Below, piece by piece: positions 42,391-59,794 of a DNA stretch of 64,000 nucleotides (position 1 is the first letter of the stretch; every line of letters begins with the position of its first letter). Position numbers and translations under genes: made by a program. Under the pieces are notes generated by a model, which was not told where the DNA came from, searched no databases, and saw nothing but the letters and a program-made list of their open reading frames with translations. Source of the stretch: the human T2T-CHM13v2.0 reference genome, Homo sapiens; assembly GCF_009914755.1 (NCBI RefSeq), contig NC_060938.1. The stretch is one strand, 5' to 3'.

Positions 42391-45022
42391 CTGGAAAAAC
42401 AGGAAGCCACAATGTTCTCCTGAGATTACAGGAAGCTTGTTAACTTATGGAGAATTTTAAAGCAATACCTTGAAAACACATGAAAAAGTGAGACACTGAG
42501 TCAAGAAAGAAACAAGAAAAGCCATCTCCAAAGTGATGCCCCCTTGGCGGTGGGTGGTGTGGGCCGGAGGGGTTCCTGGGCTACCCATTCTGCCACCACC
42601 CTGCCACTGGCTGGAGTAAGTATGCACTGCTCCCTGCATCTCGGGCCAGCCCCCTGAGTGGAGATGGTGGGGCAGCGCTGAGGGTCTTCAGACTCTCCCT
42701 CGGGTGCCTGTGTGCTGGGCGCTGCCCTCCCAGCTGCTGCTCTGCCAAGATCCGTGTGGCCCTGTCGTCTGGCTGCTGCGCCCAGCTCCAAGGCCCAGCA
42801 AGAGATGCAGGGCTCTCTGGCCATGCCCAAAACAGAGGGGTCAGTAGGTGAGGAAGCAGTGAGCCGGAACCAGGAGGGCCAAGGAAGGCAGACCCCCAGC
42901 CAGGCAGGGGGCCCAAGTGGGCTGGGGGCATGTCAGAGCCACCTGAGACCAGTCCTGTTCCTTCTGAGCCCCGGGGGTGTGGGGGGCCCGACCAGCCTCA
43001 CACTGGGCCTGGCTTCCCTCCTCAGCTGCCGAGTCCCCTTCAGTGGCCCTAGAAGCCCACATACTCTTGCTCGCTGGTGTCTACTCCGATTCTGCAGCCG
43101 CCCCCTCCCCACCTTTCAAATTCTGAATAACACGAGGCAGGGACCTCTCCTGTCAAATGAGCAGGAGTGAGCACATGGAGCCACTGCCTGAGGCCCCTGG
43201 GCCCCATCAGAACGCCTGAGCCGCCCAGGAAGGGGCTCCCGGGGAGTCTGCCTCCTTCACTTTAACTGGACCAAGGGTTCTGGAAACCCTCCCAAACCTG
43301 GGAGGATGAACTCTTGCTGGTCCAGGGCTGTGCCGTCCAGTCACGCCAATGCCAGCCGGCAACCCTGGGTCAGAGGGCTGCAAGCACTTCTGCAAAACCA
43401 AAGGAAGTGGCAGCTGCAGTGGAAATGCACGCTCCCCTCCCGGGCCCCAGCCGCAGGCAGAGGCTCACAGCGAGGCCCCTCTGGGATCCAGGCCTGTATG
43501 TTGAGAGCAGAGACTAGCCAGGGGCAGAGCCGGAGCCACCTTCCCATCCAGCTGGTCCCATGCGGCCCATGCAGCGTGAGCTGCTGACGTCCAGATCCCG
43601 CCACGTGCCTGACCTTTGGGCACCACAGCCTGGCGAGGATGCCTGGAAAGAGTCAGTGGGCCCAGCAGGAGGCCCGGTGGGAACAACCCAAGGCAGGGCA
43701 GCCGGAGAGCCGGGTCCACTGGGACGTCCCGACTCCCTCGCACCGAGGTCCAGCTCCTCACCACGCATGGCCAACCAGGCTTGGGCGCCGGGGGAGCCCT
43801 GCACCAGCCCTTTGCTTATCAGAGCACATCCAGGCTTTGTCTGGCATTCCCTGCCGGACAGGCCCACAGCCTCAGGCAGCCCACCGGCCTCTTCCGAGGG
43901 CCTTCCTGGACCAGGGTCCGGGGTCCCGCCAGCACCTGCTCACCATCCTTTTGCCGCACCTGCTACTCCTACTGCCCCTGGGAGCCTCTGCCTCCCCTCG
44001 GGGTGAGTGAGCTCAGGATAGGGGCTCAGGGCCCTCTCTCCGGCCAGCCCAGTGGCCCCACCCGCCAGCTGCAGTGTCGCGGTCTGTCCTGGCCCGGGGC
44101 CAGGGCTGTTTCCTCCACAGAAAGGGGCGTGGGGTACAGCAGGTCACCCACATTTCAGGCCCTGCTCTTCCTCGGGGAGGGTGCAGTGGGGCCCGGGCCC
44201 TCTCTCAGCTTCCCCTGGGGCTGGGTCTTCAAGTGGAAGGACAAGGCCAGGCAGAGGCTTCCTGTGTTGTTCCACTCAGGAAGCAGGCACCACCCTCCTG
44301 GGGGGGGGGAGTCCCTCCTGGGCTGTGCATGGGGACCGTCCCTTCCTCTCATCGCCCCAGCTGTCTGGCCCACCAGTGGGGCTCCTCTCAGCTGTGGGGT
44401 GGGTGGGAGTGACTGAGCCCTGTGGGAAAGGCCCCCGGTGCAGACTTTCACTTCTGAAACAGCAGCAAGGTGCTCCCAGCCTGCCGGAGGCTCGGGTAGG
44501 GGATAGCCCACCATGCTCACAGCACCAGCAATGCCAGCCTGGCCTGGTGGACTCCAGGGGACTCTGTTCTTGATCTGCTCTGAGGGACTATGACAGGCAG
44601 AGGCCCCGCTATCACCATCCAACTCCAACTGGATTCAGGGCAGCGTGGCCAGACATGATGGCCATGGTGAGGTCCCTCGGATGACTCCAGCCACAAGACC
44701 ACAGTGTGTGTGGGCCCAGGTCAGCCTGACACCCCCGTCCACCCATCCCTGAGCTCCAGCTGCATCTCCTGTCCCTGCTGGCCCTGGGCCCCTGCCTCCA
44801 CCTCACATCAGCAAATGACCAAGCCCCTCATCACCCAGCCTCCATGCTGGGCAAATGTGTCCCTGTCCAGCTCCATCTTCAAGCCACACCTTGGCAGCCC
44901 ACTGAGGCCAGCCCTCCACTGCTCCCTGGACTTCTCTCTCCTGTGTCCAACCCGCCTTTCTCCCACTCAGCGTGTCAGCTCCGAGGCTGCTCTGCCTCAC
45001 ACTTTCCGTGCTTCTTCCATGA

Positions 45023-47247
<2,225 letters not shown>

Positions 47248-47934
47248 TGAAATATCATTTTGTGCTCAGCCCAACTGGCCAGTCTTCAGTGGTCAGTCCC
47301 AGTCCCTTGCAGTGGTACAGACCCACGTCATGCACTTGACAGAAGGTATTGGGCCCCCCGCCCCGCTGTGCCTGGTGCGCCGAACGCCACTCCAAAGGCC
47401 GGTGACCTGCCCAGCTCCAGGATCTTGTCACGTGACTGGGCCAACTGCCACTCACCGCAGCACAGCCCCCACTGCCCTGCTTTTCCCTCTGTGTAACCCC
47501 ACAAGCAGCACAGGCCCCACAGAGAGAAGCCCAGCCCTTCAGTGCCCCCCGACCAATCACGGAAGCAAGTGGCCAAGGAGAGATTCCAGGGACAAAGTCC
47601 AGCCCCCTGACTCACCCCCATCTGGACCAGTAGCCAGGGAAGACTTTTCCAGAAGAAAGTCTCCAGGAAGGTGGCGGTGACAAAGATACAATGGAAACTG
47701 TTGTCCCTCTCCCCCAAATCCTCCGGCCCCATCACATCTGTGGTCACTGGGGGTCCTGGGTTCTCTCGGGAGGGACCCCAGATTAAGAACCCTCAACAAA
47801 GCCTCCATCTTTACCAACAAATCACCTTTGCCTTCAGATCCCCCTCTGCCCGCCTCCAGCTCCCAGCCCCCAGCCCCATCCCAGAGCCTGGCCCCCCAGG
47901 CCCACTCCCCAGCACGCAGAGCCCAGCGACTTAC

Positions 47935-48090
47935 CCAGGGCCCCGCCTGCGTGGCTAGCCTCGCACCCCTCCCTGCAGTCCTAGCTGAGGTTTCAGGAAG
48001 TAGCAGGGGTCTAATTATGTTCTGTCTAGAACTCCCCTAACCACAAACAGGGCTGAGCTAGGGGTTAGCCAACCGGGCTGGGGTATCTTA
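47935..48090 (-). promoter_or_regulatory. GPR132: GPR132 exon 1 and core promoter region (TSS position approximate)
   Basis: Consensus donor CTGG|gtaagt at 47935/47934; ETS core CAGGAAGT at 47994-48001. The distance from the 3' end fits the recalled gene length of about 16 kb. Confidence 0.6.
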
Positions 48091-51013
48091 CTGGTGATGA
48101 CAGCATGGCCTCGTCACCTTCCTGAGGGAGGGAGTGGCAGGAAACCCCAGTCTTACCTCTTTTGGCAATAGCAGCACTCAGAGCCAGGCTCCACTCACTC
48201 AGGAGCTCCCAGGCAGGTGCCGGGGCCTGGCGCGGCACAGCGGCTGTCCGTGTGTCCCCAGACAGGCAAGGCAGGACAGGGGTCCTGGAAAGGCTGCAGG
48301 GAGGGGTCCTGGAAAGACAAAATCCAGCTCCTCTGCAGCTCAGGCCTGGTGTTGCCCACTCTCGGGCCAGGCAAGCACGGAGCAGGGTGACTTCCCAGAG
48401 GCTGTGTCCTCCCAGGAGTCCCTGTCCGGGGTGCCAGGAGTAGAGAGGCTGAGTGCGCCCACTGCAGCCCCGGGACCAGGATGGCACCTGCATGTCCTGG
48501 AAGGCTCGGCACAGCCACTGCACACAAGCACCCTCCCCTCCCCGCCTCCCTCTTCCTACATGGGGCAGGGCCGTGTGGGAAGAACAGCCTACTGCACACT
48601 CCACATTCCTCCCCCAGCCCTACCTCAACCCCTCCTGCATCCAGAACCAAGCCTGGCCTGGCCCAGGAGCCCTGCGGGTGGGCTTCTCTGTGAGGGGCCC
48701 TGTGGGAACTGGAGGGTGGGCAGGCAGGGTTGCCTGGGACAGTCCCCCTCACTGTGGGGCTTCCGGCCATGATGGGCCCAGTTTCCTTGGACAAAGCCAG
48801 CTGGCTGTGGACAGCACCTACAACTCCACTCACCTCCAGGCTGCTTCTGAGTTTCAGGGCACAGACCCACCCTGGTGCCCACTCCCGAGCCTGCCAAGCT
48901 CCATCCAAGCCAGGCTCTTTCAGCAGTGGGGACAGGGCCGGGCTGAGGGAAGGAGCTGGGGACCACAAATGTCTCCAAGCGACACTGCCCAGCACCGCAG
49001 CAGGGACGGTCACTGAGCGAAGAAGCCGCCGTCCTGGGTGGGTACACCCACGGCCAGGAGAGGCCGGTGGAGGCCGAGCCCCCAGTCTACACTTTCCCCC
49101 AGACACGTGGATCACAGCTGCCCCCTGCTGCAGGGCCGCATGGCTGGAGGCTGCCTCCGAACAGCGATTTCAGAGGGTTTTGTGTGGGTGGCAGTGGAGT
49201 CCCTGGAAAGCTGGGCTTTCCCATTGCCCTGGCGGGGAGGCGCAGGTCTCAGGGCAGGGCCTACCTTGGCTTTCCAGAAACACTTGCCCAGGGGACAGTG
49301 ATCCTCTAGGGGATCTGGTGCAAACACACGCCTCCACAGGCCACTGCTCATGGGGTCACTGGCCTCCCGGGTCTTTGGGCCAGGGCAGCCCCACCCTCGG
49401 AGCAGCAATAGACGAAGCCCACATCAGGCCAGTGGGGGTGATGGCCAGGGACAGCTGTGGGTTCCTGTCGCTGGCCCCAGCAGCCTCCTAGGACCTGCCC
49501 CGTCCTGCGCCCCACTGGGTGGTCTGTCACGTTCACCAGGCCTCCTCTGCGCCCCCCGTGAGGGGTCCAGGAGTGACATGCGGACCCGGCTCAGGCCATT
49601 GTCACCCTCCATGCCTTCTGGCCTTTGCCAGGCAGTCCGGGAATAGCCGATTCAAGTGAGGTCAGTTGAATCCTCTCTTTGGGTCCTTCACTGGGGTCTG
49701 GGAAAGGAAAGTTGGGTCCCTTGGGTGGCAGGAGCTGTGGGTATGAACTGGGGGGTTGGCAGCCGTGTACCGGCTCCCCTGCCCCTGCCAGGTGGAGAAG
49801 CCAGGCTGGGGTGGAGGGCAGGCAGGAGCCTGGGAGTCCAAACACTGACAGCCTGGGGGTGTGGACCGGCCCTGCCTATTCCCACCGGGCCTTCGGGACC
49901 AGTGGTGGCTGCCCCGGCCTGTGCGGCACCTGGGGTGTTGTCTCTGAGAAGCCCGTCAGGGAGATGGCTCTCCCTGCTCTGACCCCAGCAAAGCGATTCA
50001 TACCCAGAGAATCCCTCACCAACAGGAGAGCAGGTTTCAGACAGGAAGTCACCCGAACATCCCACGGCTGAGTCACGTGCCAGAACAGCTCCCTGCAGCC
50101 CAGACACAGCAGTGGTGAGGTCCAAGCTGCAGACATGGGGTACAACTTCACATCCCGATGTGTGCACCAGAAACCGCCCTGCTGTCCGGTGGGTTCACCA
50201 GCCGTTCTCCTGGCCTGTCTGGACCCTACAGAAGCCAAAGCTGGTGATTGCTTGCTAATTTGTCCAGTCAGTCTGGGAAGGCCTGGGCCCAGGGGGAGAC
50301 AAGGCCAGGAATAAGGGAAGGGAGGGTCAGAGCAAGAAATGTCCAGGGGGCAAAGTTGGAAGGAGCTGGAAAGATGGGACGAGGGACCCAAAGAGCCCCT
50401 GTGCATGGGGCCAGTGTGGTCTGCTCTACCTCCCGGGCAGACACAGGGCCTTGCTCTTGTCTGGCCCTAAAAAACCCTGAATGGCCAGCTCTGGCCTTCC
50501 CCACCTGGTGCATCTGGAGCAGAAGTTCCCAAGGGCTACCTTGCATGTGGGGTGCGGCTGTCCCCCAAGCCAGGTGTGACCACGCTGTGGGGGCTTGTGG
50601 GGCTGCTCCTCTGGTGACGGCGGCAGGGTTGGGTCGGGGGCCTTTGCTCTATAACTGTAGAGAGACAGTGGCCGGAAGGGTAGGCTTTGAGAGTGGGGGC
50701 CCCAGGCCTCCCAGCCTCCCAGGAGGACAGGTGTGGCGGGCAGATGCCCAGATCCCTGTCGGTCCCGTCGCCCAGGCTGGAGTACAATGGTGCAATCTCG
50801 GCTCATGCAACCTCCGCCTGCCTGGTTCAAGTGATTCTCCTGCCTCAGCCTCCCAAGTAGCTGGGATTACAGGTGTGTGCCACCACACCCAGTTAATTTT
50901 TTGTATCTTTTAATAGAGATAGGGTTTCATTATGTTGGCCAGGCTGGTCTCGAACTCCTGACCTCATGATCTGCCTGCCTCAGCCTCCAAAAGTGCTGGG
51001 ATTACAGGCGTGA

Positions 51014-51154
<141 letters not shown>

Positions 51155-51367
51155 TGAGTCGCTGGGATTACAGGCATGTGCCACCACGCCTGACTAATTT
51201 TGTATTATTAGTAGAGACAGGGTTTTGCCATGTTGGTCAGGCTGGTCTCGAACTCCCGACCTCAGGTGATCCTCTCACCTTGGCCTCCCAAAGTGCTGGG
51301 ATTACAGGTGTGTGCCACTGCGCCTGGCCTTCTCTCTTGATTATTAAGGACTCATAGATTTGTATTT

Positions 51368-52164
<797 letters not shown>

Positions 52165-52280
52165 TAGTCATTATTCTTGATGATGCTCAAATTGTCCCAG
52201 ATTTGACAAGTCACCCACTCTGCCTCTGTGCTGATGACTATAGGGCAAATCCTGTGTGTCAGTTTCCAGGCACGGAGCCC

Positions 52281-52420
52281 CCCTCCATCAGGTGTGTCTG
52301 TGTATTCACGCCTCGCCGGGCCCCCCTGCTCAGATGGTGATTCCATCCCTCCCTCCATCAGGTGTGTCTGTGTATTCACGCCTCGCCGGGCCCCTCTGCT
52401 CAGATGGTGATTCCATCCCT
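52281..52420. repeat. 70-bp tandem duplication (1 mismatch)
   Basis: Units 52281-52350 and 52351-52420. Confidence 0.95.
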
Positions 52421-53479
52421 CGGAAGAAGTCTTCCCAGCCTTTTCTGACTCCTTGTTCGCTCCCTTGGAGGAGGGCTCTGTCCTGGCCTCTCCCACCCCT
52501 GGGTGTTAGTGATGCAAGCAGGGGGTGGGGACCGGATGACAGGCCAAGTGGGAAGAGGAAAGGCGGAAGTGTCCTGAGGTTTCTGTTGGGGGACAGCTGC
52601 TCTGGTAAGAAGGCAAGAGGCCCCAGGTCTCAGCCAGGGAAGGGGTTTTTAGGGAAATTTTGAAGACAGCCTCCCCGAGACAGAAGAGGCAGGGGAAGAT
52701 AGGGGCTTTTGAGAAGTGTCAACCCAAGAACTGGATCATTCTGAAACTCCTTGTTGCCAGCGCATGTTCCTTTGACCAGGGCATACCCCCAATGTGAATC
52801 ATGAGTCATGGTTTCAACAGTCATAGTGTGTCCTAGTGAGGCCAGGGAGAGGCTGCCTGTGACCCCAGAAAACCCAGACGACCATGCCTAACCCACCTAA
52901 TCCACAGAGTTTCCTCTTTCTCAGGGCTGGCACGACAGCCTCCACAGCCATGGGAAGCCCCCAGCCTTACCTCATGGTCCCAGATGGCAACTTGATCTCC
53001 AGCCTTCACATCTGTGTTCCAGGAATGAGGAAGGAGCGAAGGAGAGCAGGGCACGGCCCGTCCCCTGTGTGGAGAATTCCCGGAATTCCCACCCAGTTCG
53101 CCTGCTCCATCTTCCCTCTTTCCTGGGCCCAACGTAGTCTTGTGACCACATCTGGCAGCGAGGGAGGCTAGGAAACGTAGTCTTTGATGTCACTGCGCCA
53201 GCTGATGCTGGGTGTTCTCCTAATCAGGAAGGGGGCGCGGAGTCGGCGATGTGTGCTGCAATGGCACACACTGTCACCAGCTTTTCTTCCACCCAGCAAG
53301 GGCAGGTCCCTGGCAGCTGAGCGAGGGGCACGCTGGCCAAGCCCAGGGACTCAATTACCCCAAATGAGAAAAGGGTCAGGGGATGTTGAACTGGGAAGAA
53401 GGAGGTGGAGCCCCGAGGCCAGAGAAGCTGGGCGTATGAGAGAAAGCTTTTCTTCCATACTGTAACTCACAACGCCTCT

Positions 53480-54460
<981 letters not shown>

Positions 54461-54616
54461 AAGAGGAGCCAAAAGAGGAGAAAAAGATGGAGGAGGAGGA
54501 GGAACACCCAGTGGGAGTGGGATTTGGTTCATTGTGAAGGAATTTTCTCCCCACGGGAACCCCGGGAAAACCCACATCAAGCCTTTGCACGCAGGATTGG
54601 TGTCAACCACCAAAAC

Positions 54617-54745
54617 CATCCATCCACACTCCCGCCGTCCATCCACACGCCCGCCTGCCCGTCCACACGCCCGCCCGCCCGTCCACACGCCCGCCCGTCC
54701 GTCCACATGTCTGACCGTCCGTCCACATGCCCGCCGTCCATCCAT
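54617..54745. repeat. Degenerate (CCRY)n / CCGTCCACACGCCCG minisatellite
   Basis: Repeated ccgtccacacgcccgcc units. Confidence 0.8.
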
Positions 54746-57700
54746 ATGGCCGCCATCGACTGACGTCAGCAGACCTCAGTATTCCCTGTCTCCATCCACA
54801 TCACTCGCTCTTCCAGGGCAGTCTTGCCTAGGGAGATGAAGATGGCAAACAACCTTGCTGTTCAGCTCAGGAACTTCCAACATGCAATGGACACTTCTGT
54901 AGGAGGCATCAAGCCGTTCTTGGTGATATCTGTGTCTTCATCACGTGCTGGTTGCACGGGTGTTTAGGTAGGAACTCTCTGTGGAGCTGTGGGCATGACT
55001 GTGTCTGTGTCTTCAGTAGAGTTGAGAGGTTTGAGAGCAGTCATGAGGATTAACAGCAGATGCCAGGAGGCTGCTCGCTGGTCCTGTCAACACGGCCATG
55101 TAGTCAGGATGCCAGCTCCCCCACCAAGTCAACTTTGGGGAGCTTGGCAGAGCCGTGACTCCAGGAGGCATCCCTGGACTCTCGAAGCCCCCTGCTGTGT
55201 GTGTGTCAGGGGACTCTGAGCCCAGTGAGTGGCTGTCCCTGGGGCAGGCAGGGGGCACTTGAGGTGCCACAGAGGACACGGACCGTAGGAACCACGAGAG
55301 GGGCGGATGGCCCAGAGCCAGGGTGTGGATGACTGCCCTGGGCAGCTGGGGTCGGGAGGCAGCCTTTTCACTTCAATGAGAATGGTGTGCAGCTGGGATG
55401 GGACAGCCTCTCAGAAGGAGAGAAGGGACGTAACAGAAAGGTATGGTGGGGACACCAGAAAGCAGAGGTGCGGACAGGGCACTCCCTTGCTCTCACACCT
55501 GTGGGATCATCCCATCCCTGGCCGGCTCCAGCTCTGCCCACATTTCTCATTCCTCCTTTGGGTCTCATCAGAGTCCCCGCATCCCGCAGGAAGTGCCCCC
55601 ACAGGCAGGCCTGGGTGGAGCTGGGTAGTCTTCCTCTGTGTCCCCCTCACCGCCCCCGCTTCCCAGCTCCAAGCAGGAGGCTATGTCCCTGCCGCCTCTG
55701 CCCCTACAAATGGACGGTTGCCAGCTGAAGGAATGAGCCCAATCCCGGCTCCTGCTCCCTGCCCGTGGGATCTGGGCAAGCTGCCGGACACTTTGGGCCT
55801 CAGTTTCCCCCTTACAATGTCTGCCTTTTTGTGGGGTCCTTGGGAGCTCCCTGTTGTTGGTTACACCAGTGGAGTGGACAGAGGCTCAGCCTAAGGGTGT
55901 TTCCAGAAAGGCCATCTGCTGGAGGGGGGCTGGGAGCATCCCTGGAGACAGAGAGCTTTAGACTAGCTGCTGGGGTGGGTGCGGTGGTGGGAGTGGAGCT
56001 GCTGGGGGCAGAAAAAGGGGCTTCCAAGGGGCATGCGGGTTCTGGCAAGCTGAATCCCTCACCGTAAACCATGCACCCGTCCAAGTGAAGAACTGCTCCA
56101 GGGCTCGCCTGGGCCAAGAAGGGGCTGCAGGGCACCCTACGAGGCCATGGTGGCTAAAGATAGGCTGAGCAAGCCAAGGGCCCTAAGCCGGCAGCCAAGG
56201 GTGGCCTGGGGGCTGCAGTGGGGGCCTGGGGGCTGCAGAGCCGGCCCCCAGCCTCTCTCCACCTCTGGCCTCTCAGCTCCCTGAGGGTGGTGTCCACGGC
56301 CAGCTGCTCTCCCCTCAGGGTGGAAGACCTGGGGAAGCCCCCAGTCTCAAGCTACAGCCTTGATTTCTGGAACAATCCCAGGACAGGACTCTGGCCCATC
56401 AGGTTCTGCAGCCCACCCTGGGCAGAGTGGCTCCTCTTCTGGGCAGCCCATACCTAGTGTGGTCGAGGCTGGGTTGCCCAGGCCTGGCCAGACGAATCTG
56501 GGTCCTTGTGTCCAGCTGGGCCTCGGAGCCTGCCACGCCCCCGGCACCACCACCCCCCTAATAAACTCCCCTTCCTCTACCTGTTTCCTCCACCAGCCTC
56601 TGGGTCTTGCTCCCTGCCAGGGTCCAACTCACAGCCACCTCCGCCACTGCTCCCGCGGTGACCATGCGTCCACGGCCCCCCAGGACCGTGCTTGTCATTC
56701 TCTTGCCCTCTCTGCTTGGCGCGGGGTTTGGCTGCAGTCTGGGCTGCTCGATGCTCCCGGGGCAGGGGCTATTCCCCTGTGGTCTCAAGCTCTGGGCTGG
56801 CAGGGGATGCTCCGAGAACCCATCTGTTACCTGGAGGGTCCAGGAGAGATTGAAGCAGGTCCCTGGGGGCTTCCCAGAGCTGGGCTCCTGGCTGTCCCCT
56901 CTCTGGGGACTGTCACTCCCAGCTCTCCTCTCTAGGAACTGGTGGGGAGGAAGACCCTGCAGCAGTGGGAGGCCAAGGTTGGGGGGTCCACCCTCAGTGT
57001 GGGGTGTGGGTGGCTCTCTGGGGTAAGGGCTTGGTATCATGTGGCCCCCTGAACCCCAGAGCTGGCCCCTGAAAATTCTCCTCAACCGCAGAGTACACCC
57101 CTCCACCTGCAGCTCAGGGCCCCTGCCCCGAAGCTCACCCTCCTCAGAGACCCTCCCCTGGGGCCCCAAGGAAGGGCTGGGCCTGGTGGGGGCTGCATCC
57201 TTCTCATTGCCCTTCACAGCGTGGGGGGCTGATCCCCTTCGGAATGCACTTCCCTAGGGAACCCGCCTCGAGCCTGGCTGTCCCCCCAACCCCTGTGGAG
57301 CTGGGCCTTGGGGCGTGTCCACTCGCCCTGTATCTGCTCCTGCCCCCGGCGGTCCCTGGTCTCCACTGACCATCCTTTTTCGTCCCTGGGGGGGTAGCAG
57401 CAGCAGGCAAACCCCGGCCGAACAGTCCCTGTGACACTCCTTGAGGGCCTGGAGCCAGCTGGAGCCAACAGGTGCCACATCCAGGGCCAGCTTCCAGGAC
57501 TCAGGAAGGAGCGACGTGCAGCCGGCTGCGGTGGCTAGGTGGGGCCAGGGATGCTGCTGAACGTCCCACCACACCCAGGAGCCATCTGCCCAGGCACAGC
57601 TCTTCTGTGAAGTACCTGCTGGGTGCCAGGTCTGGGCGGGGACCCACAGAGTCTCCACAGGTGGGGGACTTACCCTCCTCACGGCCCTGGGCCTCCTTTG

Positions 57701-59794
57701 CAGCCCCGCTGCCCCGAGCTCCCCCAGACCCTCCCTCCCACCCCCGCAGCCCTTGCCAAGCCCTCAGGGCCTATTCTCAGCCGCTTTTAGGAACTGCTTG
57801 TTTTGCCCTAATGGTGCTTTGAGACAGGAAAGGCCCAAGATAAGGGCCACCCCCCAGGCCTCAGGGCGGGGGATAGGGATGGGGCGGGGCAGCGGAGGGA
57901 GCAGACTGCTCCCCACAGGCCCTCCTGCGGATCAGCAGAAGTGCAGCTGCTTCCCCTGCCCCCATCCAGGCCAGCAGGAGCTCAGCACGGAAACCCTTAT
58001 GGGGGAACCCGGCCCAGTGGCTCCCAACAGGCACCTCCCCTTCCCCGTGCCAGTGAGGGGGGGGTCCAGTGTCCCCCGTTCCACAGAGGGGACAGTTAGG
58101 GTCTCTGGAGACATCTTTGGACTTCACGGCAGGGAGGGGTGCCACTGGCTTCTAGTGGGTGGAGACCAAGGAAGCTGGAAAATGTCCTGCAACACACAGG
58201 ACAGCCCCTCCCGCCACCACAAAGAAGTTTCCAGCCCCAAATGTCCAGGCAAGAAGTCCTGGTAGCCTTCGGGCAGCCAGGGGAAAGCTCAGAGCTGTCC
58301 TGTTTTAGAATCATTGTTCCGACGCCCCCACGGGAGGGCTGGCAGCTGGGAGGGTGGCTGGGAGACGGCTAGTGCCAGGAGGCCACGCGATAGAGGGGCA
58401 GCCCTTGCGTCCCTGCCAGTGTCCTTCAGCCCGGGGGAAGCCCCTAAAGGTGCAGTGTCCAGGTTGGCAGCTGAGGCCAGGACAGCAACCCAGACACCAC
58501 TGGGGAGACAGCAACCCCAGGTGGAAAGCACCCTGGCTGATGCCAGCGCTCAGCACCCATGCTGGAAACATTTTGGTTCCCTCTGCAGGCTGTCGGGGTT
58601 CCAGCCAAGCTCAGCTGCCAGGGGTCTGGTTAACAATCCAGGGTCAGGGACCCAAGGCTTCTGGGCTGCGGGACCCCTCACTGTCACTAATAAAGGAGGG
58701 CCAGTGGAGTCGGGGCTGACCCCACAGAAACTGGGGGTTTCTGGCAGACAGACCTGCAGGCCCGCGGCACGCCCCACCCCGGGCAGCTTCTGAGGTGGGG
58801 GAGCTCTCTGCCTCCAAGGACCCACAGTCCTGGGAGGGGGCTCCTCCCGTCAGCAGGCCCTGGAGAAAGGCCACCATCACCACCCTGGGCATGCGGGCCA
58901 GGCCCAAATCCTGGAGCAGGACGGGAAGCTTTGCAGAGGGGCTGGGCTTGAGCGGAGCCCGCTGAGGCAGGCCAGGGCATCCCGGGCCGAGGGGACAGTG
59001 AGGGCAAAAGCAGGGAGGGGTGAGGGGTGACGCAGAGTGGGCAAGGCCATGGGCCAAGGAGGCTGGGCCAGGAGACGGAGGGCAGGGGAGCAGGAGGGCT
59101 CAGGGCTGTCCGTGGGAGAGGAGGACTGGGGGAGTGGACATCCCCAAGCCACAGCCACCCTCAGGCTGTGGGAGAGGCGAGGCCTAGAGGACATCCAGCC
59201 TGAAGGCACTGCACAGGACATCGAGAGGGCTCAGAGGATCCTAGGGCCTAAGGGCTAAGAGGCCATGTGAGGCTGGCAGGGCAGAGTTGCCCGTCCACGG
59301 CGGGGGAGGATGAGGGGCAGGCCAGAGGGCGGGTGGGGGGCATTTACCAGGTGCTCAGAGTTGGTGGAGTCCGGGCAGGAGCTGGAGGGCTGAGGAACAG
59401 CCTGTGCATGTGAACACGGGCATGGCAGTATGTGTATACGTGTGTGTGTGAGAATGCACACACGTGTGTGCGTGTGAAAGGAGTTCTGCTGCACGGCTCT
59501 GACCGGCCCGCGGCAGGGCAGTGGAGGGCACTCCTTTGCCTCACAGAAAATGCAGGAGGTTGGGGGGGTGCTCCACTTCCTGCCCCCTCACCTACAGACT
59601 CCACAGCCTTGGCCTGTGTCCCCTGCTCAGGGGTGTGACTTCCTTCCGGGGTGGAGGAACCCAACACCCGCCTGGACAGGGCCTCACCCCCAAAGCTGCA
59701 TCTTCTAGCCCCCTCACCCCAAAGCCACACCTTCCAGCCCTGCTCGTGCTGGCACCCATCCACTGCCTCACCCACCTGAGAGATCTCATCTTTA

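Noticed and set aside
48195-49491. ORFs of 253-306 aa upstream of GPR132 exon 1
   Set aside because: No domain, splice or codon evidence; consistent with chance in GC-rich sequence.
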